DNA from: a virus
IMG/VR virus record: IMGVR_UViG_3300011113_000747
Location: 120,543 to 184,542 of that record
Length of the DNA: 64,000 nt
Strand: one strand, 5' to 3'
This document shows, in pieces, positions 52,332 through 63,034 of the stretch (the stretch's first letter is position 1; each line of letters starts with the position of its first letter). The notes under the pieces were generated by a model, which had not been told where the DNA came from, ran no database searches, and saw nothing but the letters and a program-made list of their open reading frames with translations. The translations under genes and the position numbers were made by a program.

Positions 52332-52440
52332 GACTCAGCAGCGTGGACAGTGACATGCATGGCATTATAACAAGGCAATACCTAGTCCGCTATGTAGTCT
52401 TGCAAGGGCGGAGCTGGTGCAATTCCAGCCTGAGTCACCA
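52332..52440 (+). ncRNA. tRNA-like RNA A (109 nt, no canonical anticodon arm)
   Basis: GACTCAG/CTGAGTC acceptor stem, A73 + CCA, D stem GCGT/ATGC, T arm GCTGG-TGCAATT-CCAGC, 54-nt middle. Confidence 0.75.
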
Positions 52441-52443
52441 AAT

Positions 52444-52535
52444 AGGAGGATAGTTTAACACGCGAAAACCAGAGTTGTATTGGCAACCGCCTTGAGTGGC
52501 ATCTGATGCAGGTTCAAGGTCTGCTCCTCCTTCCA
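52444..52535 (+). ncRNA. tRNA-like RNA B (92 nt, branched structure in place of the anticodon loop)
   Basis: AGGAGGA/TCCTCCT acceptor stem, U73 + CCA, D stem GTTT/AAAC, T arm GCAGG-TTCAAGG-TCTGC. Confidence 0.78.
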
Positions 52536-52775
52536 ATTTTTATGAAAGAAAATACTGAAATAGATGAATTGCAGAGAAGATTGCATGACGCTCATGAATC
52601 ATCTGCAATGCTGCGAGACAAAATTGATCATTTAAAAGCTGAGATAGAAGATGCAAAGAACATTCTTCGCAAAGAACTTGATAGAGATTATGATGCTCAA
52701 GACACGCTGCGTACTTTAGTTGTTGTAGCTACAAATGCACTCTTTTATGCAAGAGGAAATAAACTATAATTAGAT

Positions 52776-53378
52776 ATGTCAAAAATCTTCTTCACCTCCG
52801 ACACCCATTTCGGACACGCCAACATCATCAAGTATTGCGCCAGGCCTTTTGCTGATGCCAATGACATGAATGAAAAGCTCATTGCCAATTGGAACAATGT
52901 TGTCTCTCCTGATGATGTTGTTTACCATCTTGGTGACTTTGCATTTGGCAGCATCTCTGATGTCAATCGTGTGATGCATCGTCTCAACTTTGCTCACATG
53001 CACTTCATCAAAGGCAACCACGACAAGCCTTTTCTTAATTGGTACAATGATTATAAGTGCGGCAATGATGCACTTGCGCGCAAAGTGACCATCTATCCTC
53101 ACTTTCTGGAGACCAACATCAACAAGCAGAAGTTTGTGCTGTGTCACTACGCAATGAAGGTATGGAATGAAAGTCATCGTGGAGCACTGCACCTGTATGG
53201 ACATTCGCATGGTACTCTGCCAGATGATCCCAACTCCAAGAGCTTTGATGTTGGTGTGGATTGCCACAACTACCATCCCATCAGCTTGGAACAAGTGCTA
53301 GAGATCATGGACAAAAAGAAGGTGGAGAACAATTTTGAGAATCTACCTGGCGTCAAAGCAGGCATCATCAGAGAATAA
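52776..53378 (+). CDS. Calcineurin-like phosphoesterase
   Basis: FFTSDTHFGH, YHLGDF, GNHD, LCHYA, HLYGHSH, DVGVD. Confidence 0.92.
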   Translation: MSKIFFTSDTHFGHANIIKYCARPFADANDMNEKLIANWNNVVSPDDVVYHLGDFAFGSISDVNRVMHRLNFAHMHFIKGNHDKPFLNWYNDYKCGNDALARKVTIYPHFLETNINKQKFVLCHYAMKVWNESHRGALHLYGHSHGTLPDDPNSKSFDVGVDCHNYHPISLEQVLEIMDKKKVENNFENLPGVKAGIIRE

Positions 53379-53381
53379 CAG

Positions 53382-53418
53382 TTGACTAGATTAGGAAACT
53401 CGCTATAATAATTGTATG
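53382..53418 (+). promoter_or_regulatory. Example sigma70-type promoter: TTGACT-N5-AGGAAA-N5-TATAAT-N6-ATG
   Basis: Near-identical layout before 33241, 49210, 54518 and 55527. Confidence 0.8.
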
Positions 53419-54417
53419 AAATTAGCTTCTATTGAACTCATCTCTAACATTCAACCTCATCCCAATGCTGATAAATTGGACCTAGCTAAGGTGCTAGGCT
53501 ACACCTGCATCATTGAAAAGGGCAAATACAAAGTTGGTGATGCAGTTGTGCTCATTCAGCCTGATACTGTGCTGCCTGACAAACCATGGGCTGAAGTGTT
53601 CAAGAAGAAAGGCAATCGCACCAAAGCCATCAAGCTCCGCGGTGTGTGGTCTTTTGGTATTGTCATGAGTCCTTATGATGTTTGCGACTTGAGCGATCTC
53701 AAGGGCATGCTGCTGCCCAGCAACATTGGCAAAGACATCTCTGAACGCATTGGAGTTACCAAGTACGAAGCTCCTCAGCCTCAGCAGCTGGACGCCAAAG
53801 GTCACTTGCCATTTGGTCTGGGTAAGACTGATGAAGAACGCTATCAGAACATTCTTGATTTGCCATTCGGTGAAATTGTTGATGTGACTCTCAAGATTGA
53901 TGGTCAGAGCGCCACTTACTACTGCCGCAAGGATCGTGAGACTGGTGAGTGGCATACTGGCATCTGCTCTCGCTCTCTTGAAATGAAGCCAGAGTGCAGC
54001 AACAATTACACTCGCATCAATATCAAGTATGACATTCTCAGCAAGCTACTCAACTATTGCAGCTTTAATGACGTGAGTTTGGCTCTGCGTGGAGAGATTT
54101 TTGGAAACAACATTCAAGGTCATGGCAACAATCCTCATGCCAAGATGCCTCTGGACTTTGCTGCGTTTAGTGTTTACAACTTTGATACCTTTCAGTATGA
54201 AAACACTGATGATGCTCACAATTATGTGAATGTGTGTAATGCATTGCAACTCCCAACTGTGCCTATCATTGCCACCAACATCCTCACTCCAGAGCTCATC
54301 AAGCACTATGCTGAAGACATCTCTGAAATTGATGGCAAGCCTTTTGAAGGTGTGGTCATCAAGCACAGCAAAGGATCGTTTAAAATTATCAATTTGAGTT
54401 ACGATTCTGGAAAGTAA
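53416..54417 (+). CDS. RNA ligase, DRB0094/Rnl5-like (N-terminal OB domain)
   Basis: KLASI..I.PHPNADKL, KTDEER.QN, motif I KIDGQS, LRGEIFG, EGVVIK. Confidence 0.9.
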   Translation: MKLASIELISNIQPHPNADKLDLAKVLGYTCIIEKGKYKVGDAVVLIQPDTVLPDKPWAEVFKKKGNRTKAIKLRGVWSFGIVMSPYDVCDLSDLKGMLLPSNIGKDISERIGVTKYEAPQPQQLDAKGHLPFGLGKTDEERYQNILDLPFGEIVDVTLKIDGQSATYYCRKDRETGEWHTGICSRSLEMKPECSNNYTRINIKYDILSKLLNYCSFNDVSLALRGEIFGNNIQGHGNNPHAKMPLDFAAFSVYNFDTFQYENTDDAHNYVNVCNALQLPTVPIIATNILTPELIKHYAEDISEIDGKPFEGVVIKHSKGSFKIINLSYDSGK

Positions 54418-54517
54418 TTATGTTTGAAGTCTTGGCTGCAAACTACCAAGAAGTTGAAAAGGTATTCAAGTCACTAAAATCAGTTGTTTAAATTAGGAAA
54501 TTCGCTATAATAATTGT

Positions 54518-55760
54518 ATGAACGAAAATACACCTACCATTCAAAACACTCTCGAAAATGCCCTCATCACCTCCATCGAGGGTATCAAAAAGACCGGTAC
54601 AGAGCTTGTTGATGCTCTTTATCAGCAAGCCCCTGAAGTAATTGAGCAACTTTTATTGTGGCATGGTGTTGAATCATTTATTCTGTTCTTAGTATCGCTA
54701 GCAATGCTCAGTGTGCCGTTTATTTTTTATAAATTGGCTGCGGCTGCTTATACGAAGTTCAACGTCGCAAAAATGAGCGATGAATTTCCTTATTGGATGA
54801 TTACTATTGTATCTGGAATTGTTTCAATAACAGCCTCTACCGCAATGGCCATTGATCTAATGAACCTCAAATGGCTCAAAATCTGGCTGGCTCCAAAAGT
54901 TTACTTGCTGGAATATTTGACCACTTTGGTGAAATAAGTTGATTGTGACAAAACCTCTACCATAATATCAACATGAACAACAATAGCATCGTCGTTTATC
55001 GATCTGAAATGGAGCGTATGCAAGATGAATTTTGGATGGACTTTATGTCTTCCAATGCATCTTGGATGCAATACGTTATTATGGCATTCTTTGGCTTCCT
55101 CATTCTTTTCATTCTCGGTGTGTTCTGCACCGTCATTTACAACATGTTCAAGTTTCGCAAAACCTTCAAACGCTAATTCATTATGAATCCCCTTATTGCA
55201 TTTCTTCTTGACTATCTTGCTGGCGTCTTTGTTATGGCAATCATCACTCGTTATGAGAATGCCAAAGAAAAAAGCAAACAAACATGCTTGGACCCCAGCT
55301 TCAGCTTGCTGTCTTGGATTGGTGTTGCTATATACGTTATTTGCACTTTGGAAAAATCTTACAAAAATGGCTTCATTGCCAAGCTACTCAACTACACCGA
55401 CAAAGAGTAATGCTACCATACATCATCGTTGCCATTTGGTTGGTGCTGAGCATGTTGGCTTTGTGTTTGTTCAACACAAATGCAGATAACAGTTGATTTG
55501 ATTAGGAAAATCCACATAATATCAACATGAACAAAACCTCACAATACTCCACTGAAATTCAATACAAAGTTAGGGACAATGAAAACCAACAATTCATCCA
55601 AGTTGCTCCTGATGCAGCTGGATTTGGCTGCGTTGAAGTTGCTTACATAAAAGATGGCATTATTGATCGTACTGATCGTATCACCATGCCGCCTGAAATG
55701 GCTCTGCTGGTTGCAGAAGCTATTAAGAAGGTTGCAGAACATATTATTACTAATGAGTAA
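54518..55760 (+). other. Small, mostly membrane ORFs 54518-54937, 54973-55176, 55183-55410, 55527-55760
   Basis: Hydrophobic segments; three have (T/C)ATAAT-N6-ATG. Confidence 0.6.
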
Positions 55761-56854
55761 TGAACTTGATCTACACCCCATCTGCTACTATGACATGGCT
55801 GAAGATGAAATCAATCGCTTCAAACATCTAAGAGAAACGTTTATCTCTGATAAACAGGCAGATCTAAGTAAGGTTTCACAATCTGAAGTCAACGAAGAGA
55901 TTCAAAGGGATTCTAAGCGAGACCATCACGCTCCTATCTCTTTTAAGTATGTCTATCCATAATTAAGGAAAGTCGATATAATAATTGTATGAATAAAATT
56001 GATACTATTTCTGTTGGTGAGCTTATTGACATTCTCAAAGATTATGATGAGGGTATGCAAGTTGCTTTCTCTTGCAATTATGGAGATCGAGCTCGTACTC
56101 AGCAAGTGATCACCATCAGAGGTAATATTAATGAAGAAATTCTCTACAAGTCTGCCTATTCTGACTCTGGTTGGGCTGTTGATACCAATGGTTATAACGA
56201 AGATGAAGAAGGTACCACTTCGATGCTGATCATTAGGTAATAAGGAAACTTGATATAATAATTGTATGAAAGACAAATATACTCTCCGCGAGCAGCTTGA
56301 AGCTTTTGAAGCTGATAAGTTTCTTGATGATGACTGCTTCTATTTTTATGATTGGTTCTGCCGTGATAAGTCTCTTGAGCGTAAGGCTCGTAGTCTGATG
56401 GCAAAGGTCAAGAAGTTCGTCAAGGCTGCTAAGATTGATGTTGATAAGACTTATGTCTTCTTCAAGAACAATTGCCCGGTGTATGGAAGCCTATATGATG
56501 ATTTCCGGATCTGCGATGCAGAATCTGGTGATGTGATCTATACAGTCGCACCCAGCCTTGGTTACGACAGGAAAAAGGGCGAAGCTGAAGTTTGGGGTCG
56601 CGCCAATAACTTCAATGATGCCATGCATCATGCTCCTTCCTGGTCGCAGCTGCTTAAAACCTTTACTGCACCGGCTTAATGGAAAAGTCCGAGGAGCTTA
56701 CCATTGAAGAGGTAGATCTGATTATCAGATACTATGAAAAGCTTATGGTAAGCTTCCCAGATGCAATGAACCTGGATGATACTCTTAAGCATTGGCAAAA
56801 TCATAAGTCACAACTAATTAGAAAACAAAATACTAACAACATACACAAAAGCAT

Positions 56855-57331
56855 ATGGGACTCGACATGTACGTCTTCTACACCAATCGTACCAATCATA
56901 CTTCTGATGAGCTAGTAAAGATTAACAACATTAAACACCTCAACCCCGAGACACCTGAAGCTCAGCCATTTCTACCGCTTCGAGAATATACAGCCCTCAA
57001 AGGAGTGTTCACCATTTTCCACGAAGGTGCTTATTGGCGTAAAGCCAACGCCATTCATGGCTGGTTTGTCGATAATGTGCAAAAGGGTGTTGATGATTGC
57101 GGGTACTATGAATTGACCCGCGAACATCTTGAAACGCTTCGCATTGCTTGTGCTCAAGCCCGCAAGACAAAAAATGGCGGACCTCTTCAGCCGCGTGGTG
57201 GTTTCTTCTTTGGATCTCTTGACATTGATGATTGGTATTGGGCTGATGTGAAGCGCACCATTGAACAGATTGACAAGCTTCTGGCAATGGATTGGGATGC
57301 TCGCCGTTTCTTCTACCATTCTTCCTGGTAA
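56855..57331 (+). CDS. Phage hypothetical protein (MGLDMY..YWRKANAIHGWF)
   Basis: Motif recalled from many phage ORFs. Confidence 0.7.
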   Translation: MGLDMYVFYTNRTNHTSDELVKINNIKHLNPETPEAQPFLPLREYTALKGVFTIFHEGAYWRKANAIHGWFVDNVQKGVDDCGYYELTREHLETLRIACAQARKTKNGGPLQPRGGFFFGSLDIDDWYWADVKRTIEQIDKLLAMDWDARRFFYHSSW

Positions 57332-58416
57332 TAAATAAGGAAAGAGTATATAATAATTGTATGAATACGAATATGAGAATTGGTTGCATTTTGAGTATTA
57401 TCTCGATCTGCATTTTTATGGTAGTGGCTAGCATCAAGCCAGTTGACACCTCTGTTATCAATGATAACATTCACTTTATTGAGTTCTGCAAATCAATCTG
57501 CTAATTATGGATCCTAAGCATATCATAACAGCAAAGTGTGCTTTGCTACATCTTAAGCAGTTTTATGATGAACAGCACGCTATAGCTAAGCAATGTCTAG
57601 ACCGGTGGCCTGGAGATAATAGTCACTGGGAGGAAAGTTTGAAGTATTGGTCAGAAAGAAAAGTTGAAATCGAAGAATGCTTACAAGCTTTTCGTGATTA
57701 TAAATTCCAGTAAGGAAACCTAATATAATAATAGTATGAAATCTCAATTTAAATTGCTTGAAATTAAGCACGAAGATATGTTTCGTTGCGTTGTGGATAT
57801 GTTCCATGACTTTTGTTTCGTTGATAACGAGCCAGTTAAGGATCATATGTGGATGTTTGAGCCTCTGAAAAATCCGAATGAGTTCATCGATGCTGTTACA
57901 ACCGGTTCGATGGCATTTACTTATATGATCGGTCTTCATGAAGAACTTGAAGAGATGAATCGTAATAACGAAGATGGTGTGGTGATTGTTATGAAAGATA
58001 ACGAGCCTTGGACTTCTGTTATCGTCTCTAAACTCAGTTGGTAATATGATGGATAAGCTATCTTGGGTGGTGACCTACATTACAGAGTTTAAATCGTATG
58101 ATGAAAGACCTGGTGTAATTAGGCATCTAACAGAAATTGTTAAAGCTAATAACGCTGATGAAGCAATAGCAATGGTTGAGAAATATGCTAGTAACTCTGC
58201 TGGAAAGATGAGTTACGATTTCAAAGCAAGAGTTGCTACTTATGCTGATCTACTACATCATTACTCATAATGAAGTCATATAAAATTACCCAGCATGTAA
58301 TTGGCTCACCAAATATGTATTGGGCTTTGAAACTACTTCGCAATGGTGAGGTTGTTAATGTTCACACAAGTAAGAATAAAACTTGCGTCATGGCTATTGC
58401 AAAAAACTGGATGAAA

Positions 58417-58432
58417 TATAAATAATGGTATG
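58417..58432 (+). promoter_or_regulatory. T4-type late promoter TATAAATA-N5-ATG (second copy at 58781)
   Basis: Exact T4 late consensus; core TAAATA also precedes 925, 3779, 5279, 6559, 14386, 17663, 22144, 22490, 23107, 26820 and 28129. Confidence 0.85.
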
Positions 58433-58789
58433 AATCGCAAAGATCAAAAAGATATCGGTAAACTTTATATCGAAGCGGTGCAAGGCAATCTAAGACCTGT
58501 TACTGCTGATTATATTTACTTTGATGATGAGGGTGAGCTCTATCAGGTAGATCCATACAAGCTATTAGCTGGTGGTATTGAAGGTGATGTAGACCAAGGT
58601 GCAGCACTCTATAACAAGCTAAAGCAGAGAGGTGTGCGTTGGAAAGAAGCAAGAATTGCTGCGAGCGATGATGTTAGAGAGTTAATGCCTGGAGCTTATA
58701 ACCAAGTTTCATCAGAAGGGCGTTGGGTTCAAGTTGATAACTCTTTTCCTAGCGACCACTCATTTCTTGTTAAGTTAGGCTATAAATAA
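58430..58789 (+). CDS. Late protein, MNRKDQKDI family copy 1
   Basis: Own late promoter; shared 5' end with copy 2. Confidence 0.75.
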   Translation: MNRKDQKDIGKLYIEAVQGNLRPVTADYIYFDDEGELYQVDPYKLLAGGIEGDVDQGAALYNKLKQRGVRWKEARIAASDDVRELMPGAYNQVSSEGRWVQVDNSFPSDHSFLVKLGYK

Positions 58790-58793
58790 TGGT

Positions 58794-59186
58794 ATGAATC
58801 GCAAAGATCAAAAAGATATCAGCAAACTTTATAACGAAGCAGTAGGCCGTAATAAGAGAAAAGATCAGATCTTCCAAGCTGCTTACGCTCTTGGTAAGTA
58901 CTTAGATCAAAGGCCAAACGACTCTCATATTGGCAGCCTTAAGCAAGACTTCTCTAACGATCGCTTTACAGAAGAAAATGAAACTTTTGTTAATAGAGTG
59001 TTCCAAGCTGGTGAAGAAATTGGTTTGGATCTCGAAGCGATGAACTTAAGATGGAATGAGCTTCTTGCTCTTGTAAGCGATGCTATTGAAATTCCTCTCG
59101 AGACAGATGGTGAGTATGTTAATGTTGCTAACGATGATTCAGATTTGAAAGCAGCATTTGGTGGTACACCAGCTGGCTTCCACTAA
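58794..59186 (+). CDS. Late protein, MNRKDQKDI family copy 2
   Basis: Own late promoter; shared 5' end with copy 1. Confidence 0.75.
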   Translation: MNRKDQKDISKLYNEAVGRNKRKDQIFQAAYALGKYLDQRPNDSHIGSLKQDFSNDRFTEENETFVNRVFQAGEEIGLDLEAMNLRWNELLALVSDAIEIPLETDGEYVNVANDDSDLKAAFGGTPAGFH

Positions 59187-59207
59187 TAACAAAAATTAAT
59201 AAACCCT

Positions 59208-59245
59208 AAATGAGGTAGGTTTTGTGGCCTGCCTCATTTTTTTTT
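59208..59245 (+). terminator. Intrinsic terminator closing the late insert
   Basis: AAATGAGGTAGG/CCTGCCTCATTT stem followed by a T tract. Confidence 0.88.
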
Positions 59246-59274
59246 GTCTAAAGGAAAGTCCATATAATAATGAT

Positions 59275-62200
59275 ATGAAAGATTTCAAAGAAATTGAAGT
59301 GATTGCTAATGTTGATGGTGTTGAGCAAGTTGCCTATATCGTAGATGGTTCCGATCTTGGAGCTAATCTAGTATCTGCTGCCCTTGATTATGGTATTGGC
59401 TTTAGTGTGCCTTTTGATAGGTTTGTCCAGGCTGGTATCGAAAAAAAGGTTTGGACTAAGAAGGATGATAAGCTTCTTCTTAGCGAGCAGGCTGATTGGG
59501 ATGACTTTTACGAATATGTTAGCAAGCTTGAAGACGAATTTCTTAAAGCAAAGTAATTACAAACAAGGAAAGTTGATATAATAATAGTATGAAAGAAAAT
59601 AATACTAATAGTGCCGAAGCTCGTCTGCGAGTTATCCGTTTTGTAAATAGTGCTATTGATGATGCTTCATATGGGTATGCTGTTGGTAAGCTTGAAGGGT
59701 TGTTGATTAATCTCGTAACTAGTTGCCCTGAAGCGTGTGCATGGGTTAGCAAAAATCTCGAAGCCTATAAGAGTGAAGACAACAAATAAGGAAAATTAAT
59801 ATAATAATAGTATGTTCAATTCATATAATCAAACGTTTGGTGTACCTCAAGGTGAGCATAATGAAGACTATGCTGAAGTAGCAAGTGAGCTCTTTTCAGA
59901 ATTTGATTGGAATGCTAGCGTTGCTGACAATACTGATAAGTTTAAAGCTAAGCTTGATGAGCTGCTTGCTGATACTTGGGAGAATGATGAAGGTGAAGAG
60001 TATAAGCTGTTGATTGATAACAACGCTAAGGCTCATATTCTTCGAGCTAGCTTTCATAACGCTAACGAGAACTTCTACGAGCTCGAAGATGAAGGTGATA
60101 TTGAGGACCGTTTTGTTACGCAAGATGAGTTTCTCGAGGCAGTTGAAAACGCTCTCAAATTGGTATAGTATGACTCAAAACGATATCAACATCCTCCGCT
60201 CCAAGATCTATCAAGTTCATTTCGCAATCGAACGTTTGTTCGCTCATGTGAAAGACAACAAAGAAGTATGGGAATGGGCTATTGCGAACGATATCGAAAA
60301 TGGTCACGCTAGCGATCTTTGCGATATAGCGGGTGTGCTTCATGAATGGAGTTTGGAGTTCGAAGCTGAATTTTCTAACTATTTTCAGAATAAGGAAAAT
60401 TGATATAATAATAGTATGAGTGATAAAATCTCCGATATTCGAAAACAAATTGATTTAGTCAGCAAACTACTTCAGGAGCTTCAGGCTGATTTAGATAGTT
60501 TAAAGCGAAACAATACCGCAATCTTCGACAATTTTAGTGATAATAATAGTATTGAACAAATTGGTGATGCAGTAATGGACTTTACTAGTCAGGGTGCTGA
60601 GTTCGCAATTCGTTCTTCAGGTGAATATGCTTACAACGGCTTCTATCTAGGTGAAACAGCTGATGGTGAGTGCCCTTGGGAGATCATCGTAGATGATGAG
60701 AAAGCTTGGGTGCTTAAGCTCAAAGAAATCGAATAAGGAACTTTAATATAATATAGGTATGAAAATTGAAGATCAAAACATTCAGCTTGCGTTAGAAAGT
60801 GTCCGAGAGTTTGTCGATAAGCATGTGCACGCACCGGATGCTATCAATGGTTATGCTCGTGCTTGTGGAGCTCTGCGAGGTGTACTAGAAGGTATGATCA
60901 AGTATGTGCCAGAAGCTCGTGAGCATTTCATCAAGTATCATACACACTTTAATAAGGAAGGTTGATATAATAATAGTATGGGAGAAGTAACCTACAAACG
61001 CAGCAATTGGACGACCGAAGAGGTAATTGAACTGATTAAGGGTCAAAAAATCGTCAACTCAGACGGAGAAGAGGATGAATATTGCAAACAGCACAATTCG
61101 GTTGTTGATGATGTTGTTGATTACTTCTACGATTTCATTCGCCCGCTAACTGAATTTGGTGCGCTGGGTATGTGTAATGAAGATGGTAATGTCTATCATA
61201 TCGGCGGCATTCCTGAAGAATTCGTAGAAGAATGGAAAGCTAAAAGTATTAAGGAAAATTAATATAATAATAGTATGGAAGATCAAATTATTTATCTAGT
61301 TTACGCGGTAGAAACTGACTCTGACGATTTGAATAGTCATGATGTTTGGGCTGCAGCTGATAGTTATGATGTAGCTGATAAGATTGCTAAAGCTGATACA
61401 GCTGATGAGCAAATTCGTCCGAACTGGTTCATTCAGCAATTCAAACTCAATACCAAGTCAGATATTGAATAAGGAAAGTCGATATAATAATAGTATGAAA
61501 CGCTACCTTAATAAAGACACGCTAATTATTACCGCTGAAGATATCGCTAAGTTCCTCGAGGGTAAGAAAGCTCGAGTTGCTAAGAGTAAGAAGTACGAAT
61601 ATGGTGAGCGAGTTACTCCTTGCGATACTTATCGAAAGAAAGGCCGCCATGAGTACATCTTTGTAAGCTCTATGCGTTGGGTGCCTTTTGATGGATACCC
61701 TTCTATGAGTTATGGAGGTTACATTCTGTTTAATCCTCGCACGAATAAGCTGATTAGTGCAACGAACATTCTATCTTTGGAGCACGATGAGAAGAATGTG
61801 GGTTGGTATGGCACACGCGGTAAGATCTAATAAGGAACTTTGATATAATAATAGTATGAACACCACACTAAAAGCCTCTCTTCTTCGCTTTGTCCTTTGG
61901 TCAGGTATTGCCATTCTCACGCATAACAACCCTCCAGGACCTTCTCTTCCCGAGCTGGTATTCATGTTGGCAGCAGGCGAGGTAATCATTGCCTCCTGCC
62001 CTTTCCTTGAAACAAAAGGAGAATAAGGAAAATTGATATAATAATAGTATGAATCGATTTGATAAACTTGAATATCTGCTAGAAACTTGCTCAGAAGAAT
62101 TCATCAGTAGCTGTATTATGCTACGTGAGATGGTAGGGTGGATGAGTGAGAATGACTTTGATGAGTTCTATGATAAGTTGTGCAGTAATTGGAATATTCG

Positions 62201-62945
62201 ATAGTAGAGATGACAATTAAGAAATCAATTACTATTGAGGTCGAAATGACATCTAGTGCATCAGAAGCATGCTTGTCAGATCATATGAGTCACTTCATTG
62301 GTGAGATTAAAAGATATATCGACAATATGCGATATCAATCATGGCATAACACAATTAGCACATCATGGGATGAAAGCGAAAAGGTTGAAATTGATGTAAA
62401 AATTAGTTAAAACCTTATAAAAATCAGATAAAAACTCATAGAATATATAAAGTATTCTCTGAGAACGGGTTAGAGCTAAGGCGGCCTAATAGGATAGAGT
62501 AAGCCATTGCGATCGAACACTTTAAGTGAAATACACGCTAAGGAAGCAATAGACGGAAATGTCGAAATATAAGGAAATAAGATATAATAAGAGTATGACA
62601 AAAGACGAAATTAAGAAAGAAATTGAAAAGGCTCGAAAGAATTTGGAAGCGCTTGAAAAGAAGCTCGCGCAGAAGCATTCGCTGGGAGATGAGAGCGTTA
62701 AGAGTCGAATTAGCGACGCTGCGGATTACTTCCGAGCTGAGCTTGAAGCTGCGGGACTTAAAGACATCAGCATTTCGTTCGGTGAGGTGGCGAATGGAGG
62801 TGATTTCGCTGAGCGCTCTATATTTCTAAGCGGCGCGCATAAAAACAGTCTGAATGGCTGGAAATGGAAGTTAATTGATGAAACCAAACACGGGCAGCAA
62901 GTGCTTGTGCGCGTTGATATTGTGACTGGCAGGTGCATCGACTAA
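59275..62945 (+). other. Cassette ORFs 59275-59556, 59589-59789, 59812-60168, 60170-60403, 60416-60736, 60759-60965, 60978-61262, 61275-61472, 61495-61830, 61856-62026, 62049-62204, 62595-62945
   Basis: Most start exactly at a repeat ATG; mostly acidic, no recognisable family. Confidence 0.7.
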
Positions 62946-62956
62946 GAAGATTTTAT

Positions 62957-63034
62957 ATCCGGGCATGTTCCAAGGCAAGGCGACTTTGACTCCAAATCAG
63001 AGTGAGTAGAGTTCGATTCTCTATCCGGATGCCA
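62957..63034 (+). tRNA. tRNA-Trp(CCA), slightly non-canonical
   Basis: ATCCGGG/TCCGGAT; TTTGA-CTCCAAA-TCAGA; TAGAG-TTCGATT-CTCTA; G73 + CCA. Confidence 0.85.

Noticed and set aside
52332-52440. tRNA interrupted by a group I intron, or a tmRNA
   Set aside because: The insert is far too short for an intron core; there is no G3-U70 alanine identity and no tag reading frame.
48781-59186. Diversity-generating retroelement (TR/VR pairs) from the duplicated segments
   Set aside because: The differences are not adenine-restricted and no reverse transcriptase is seen.
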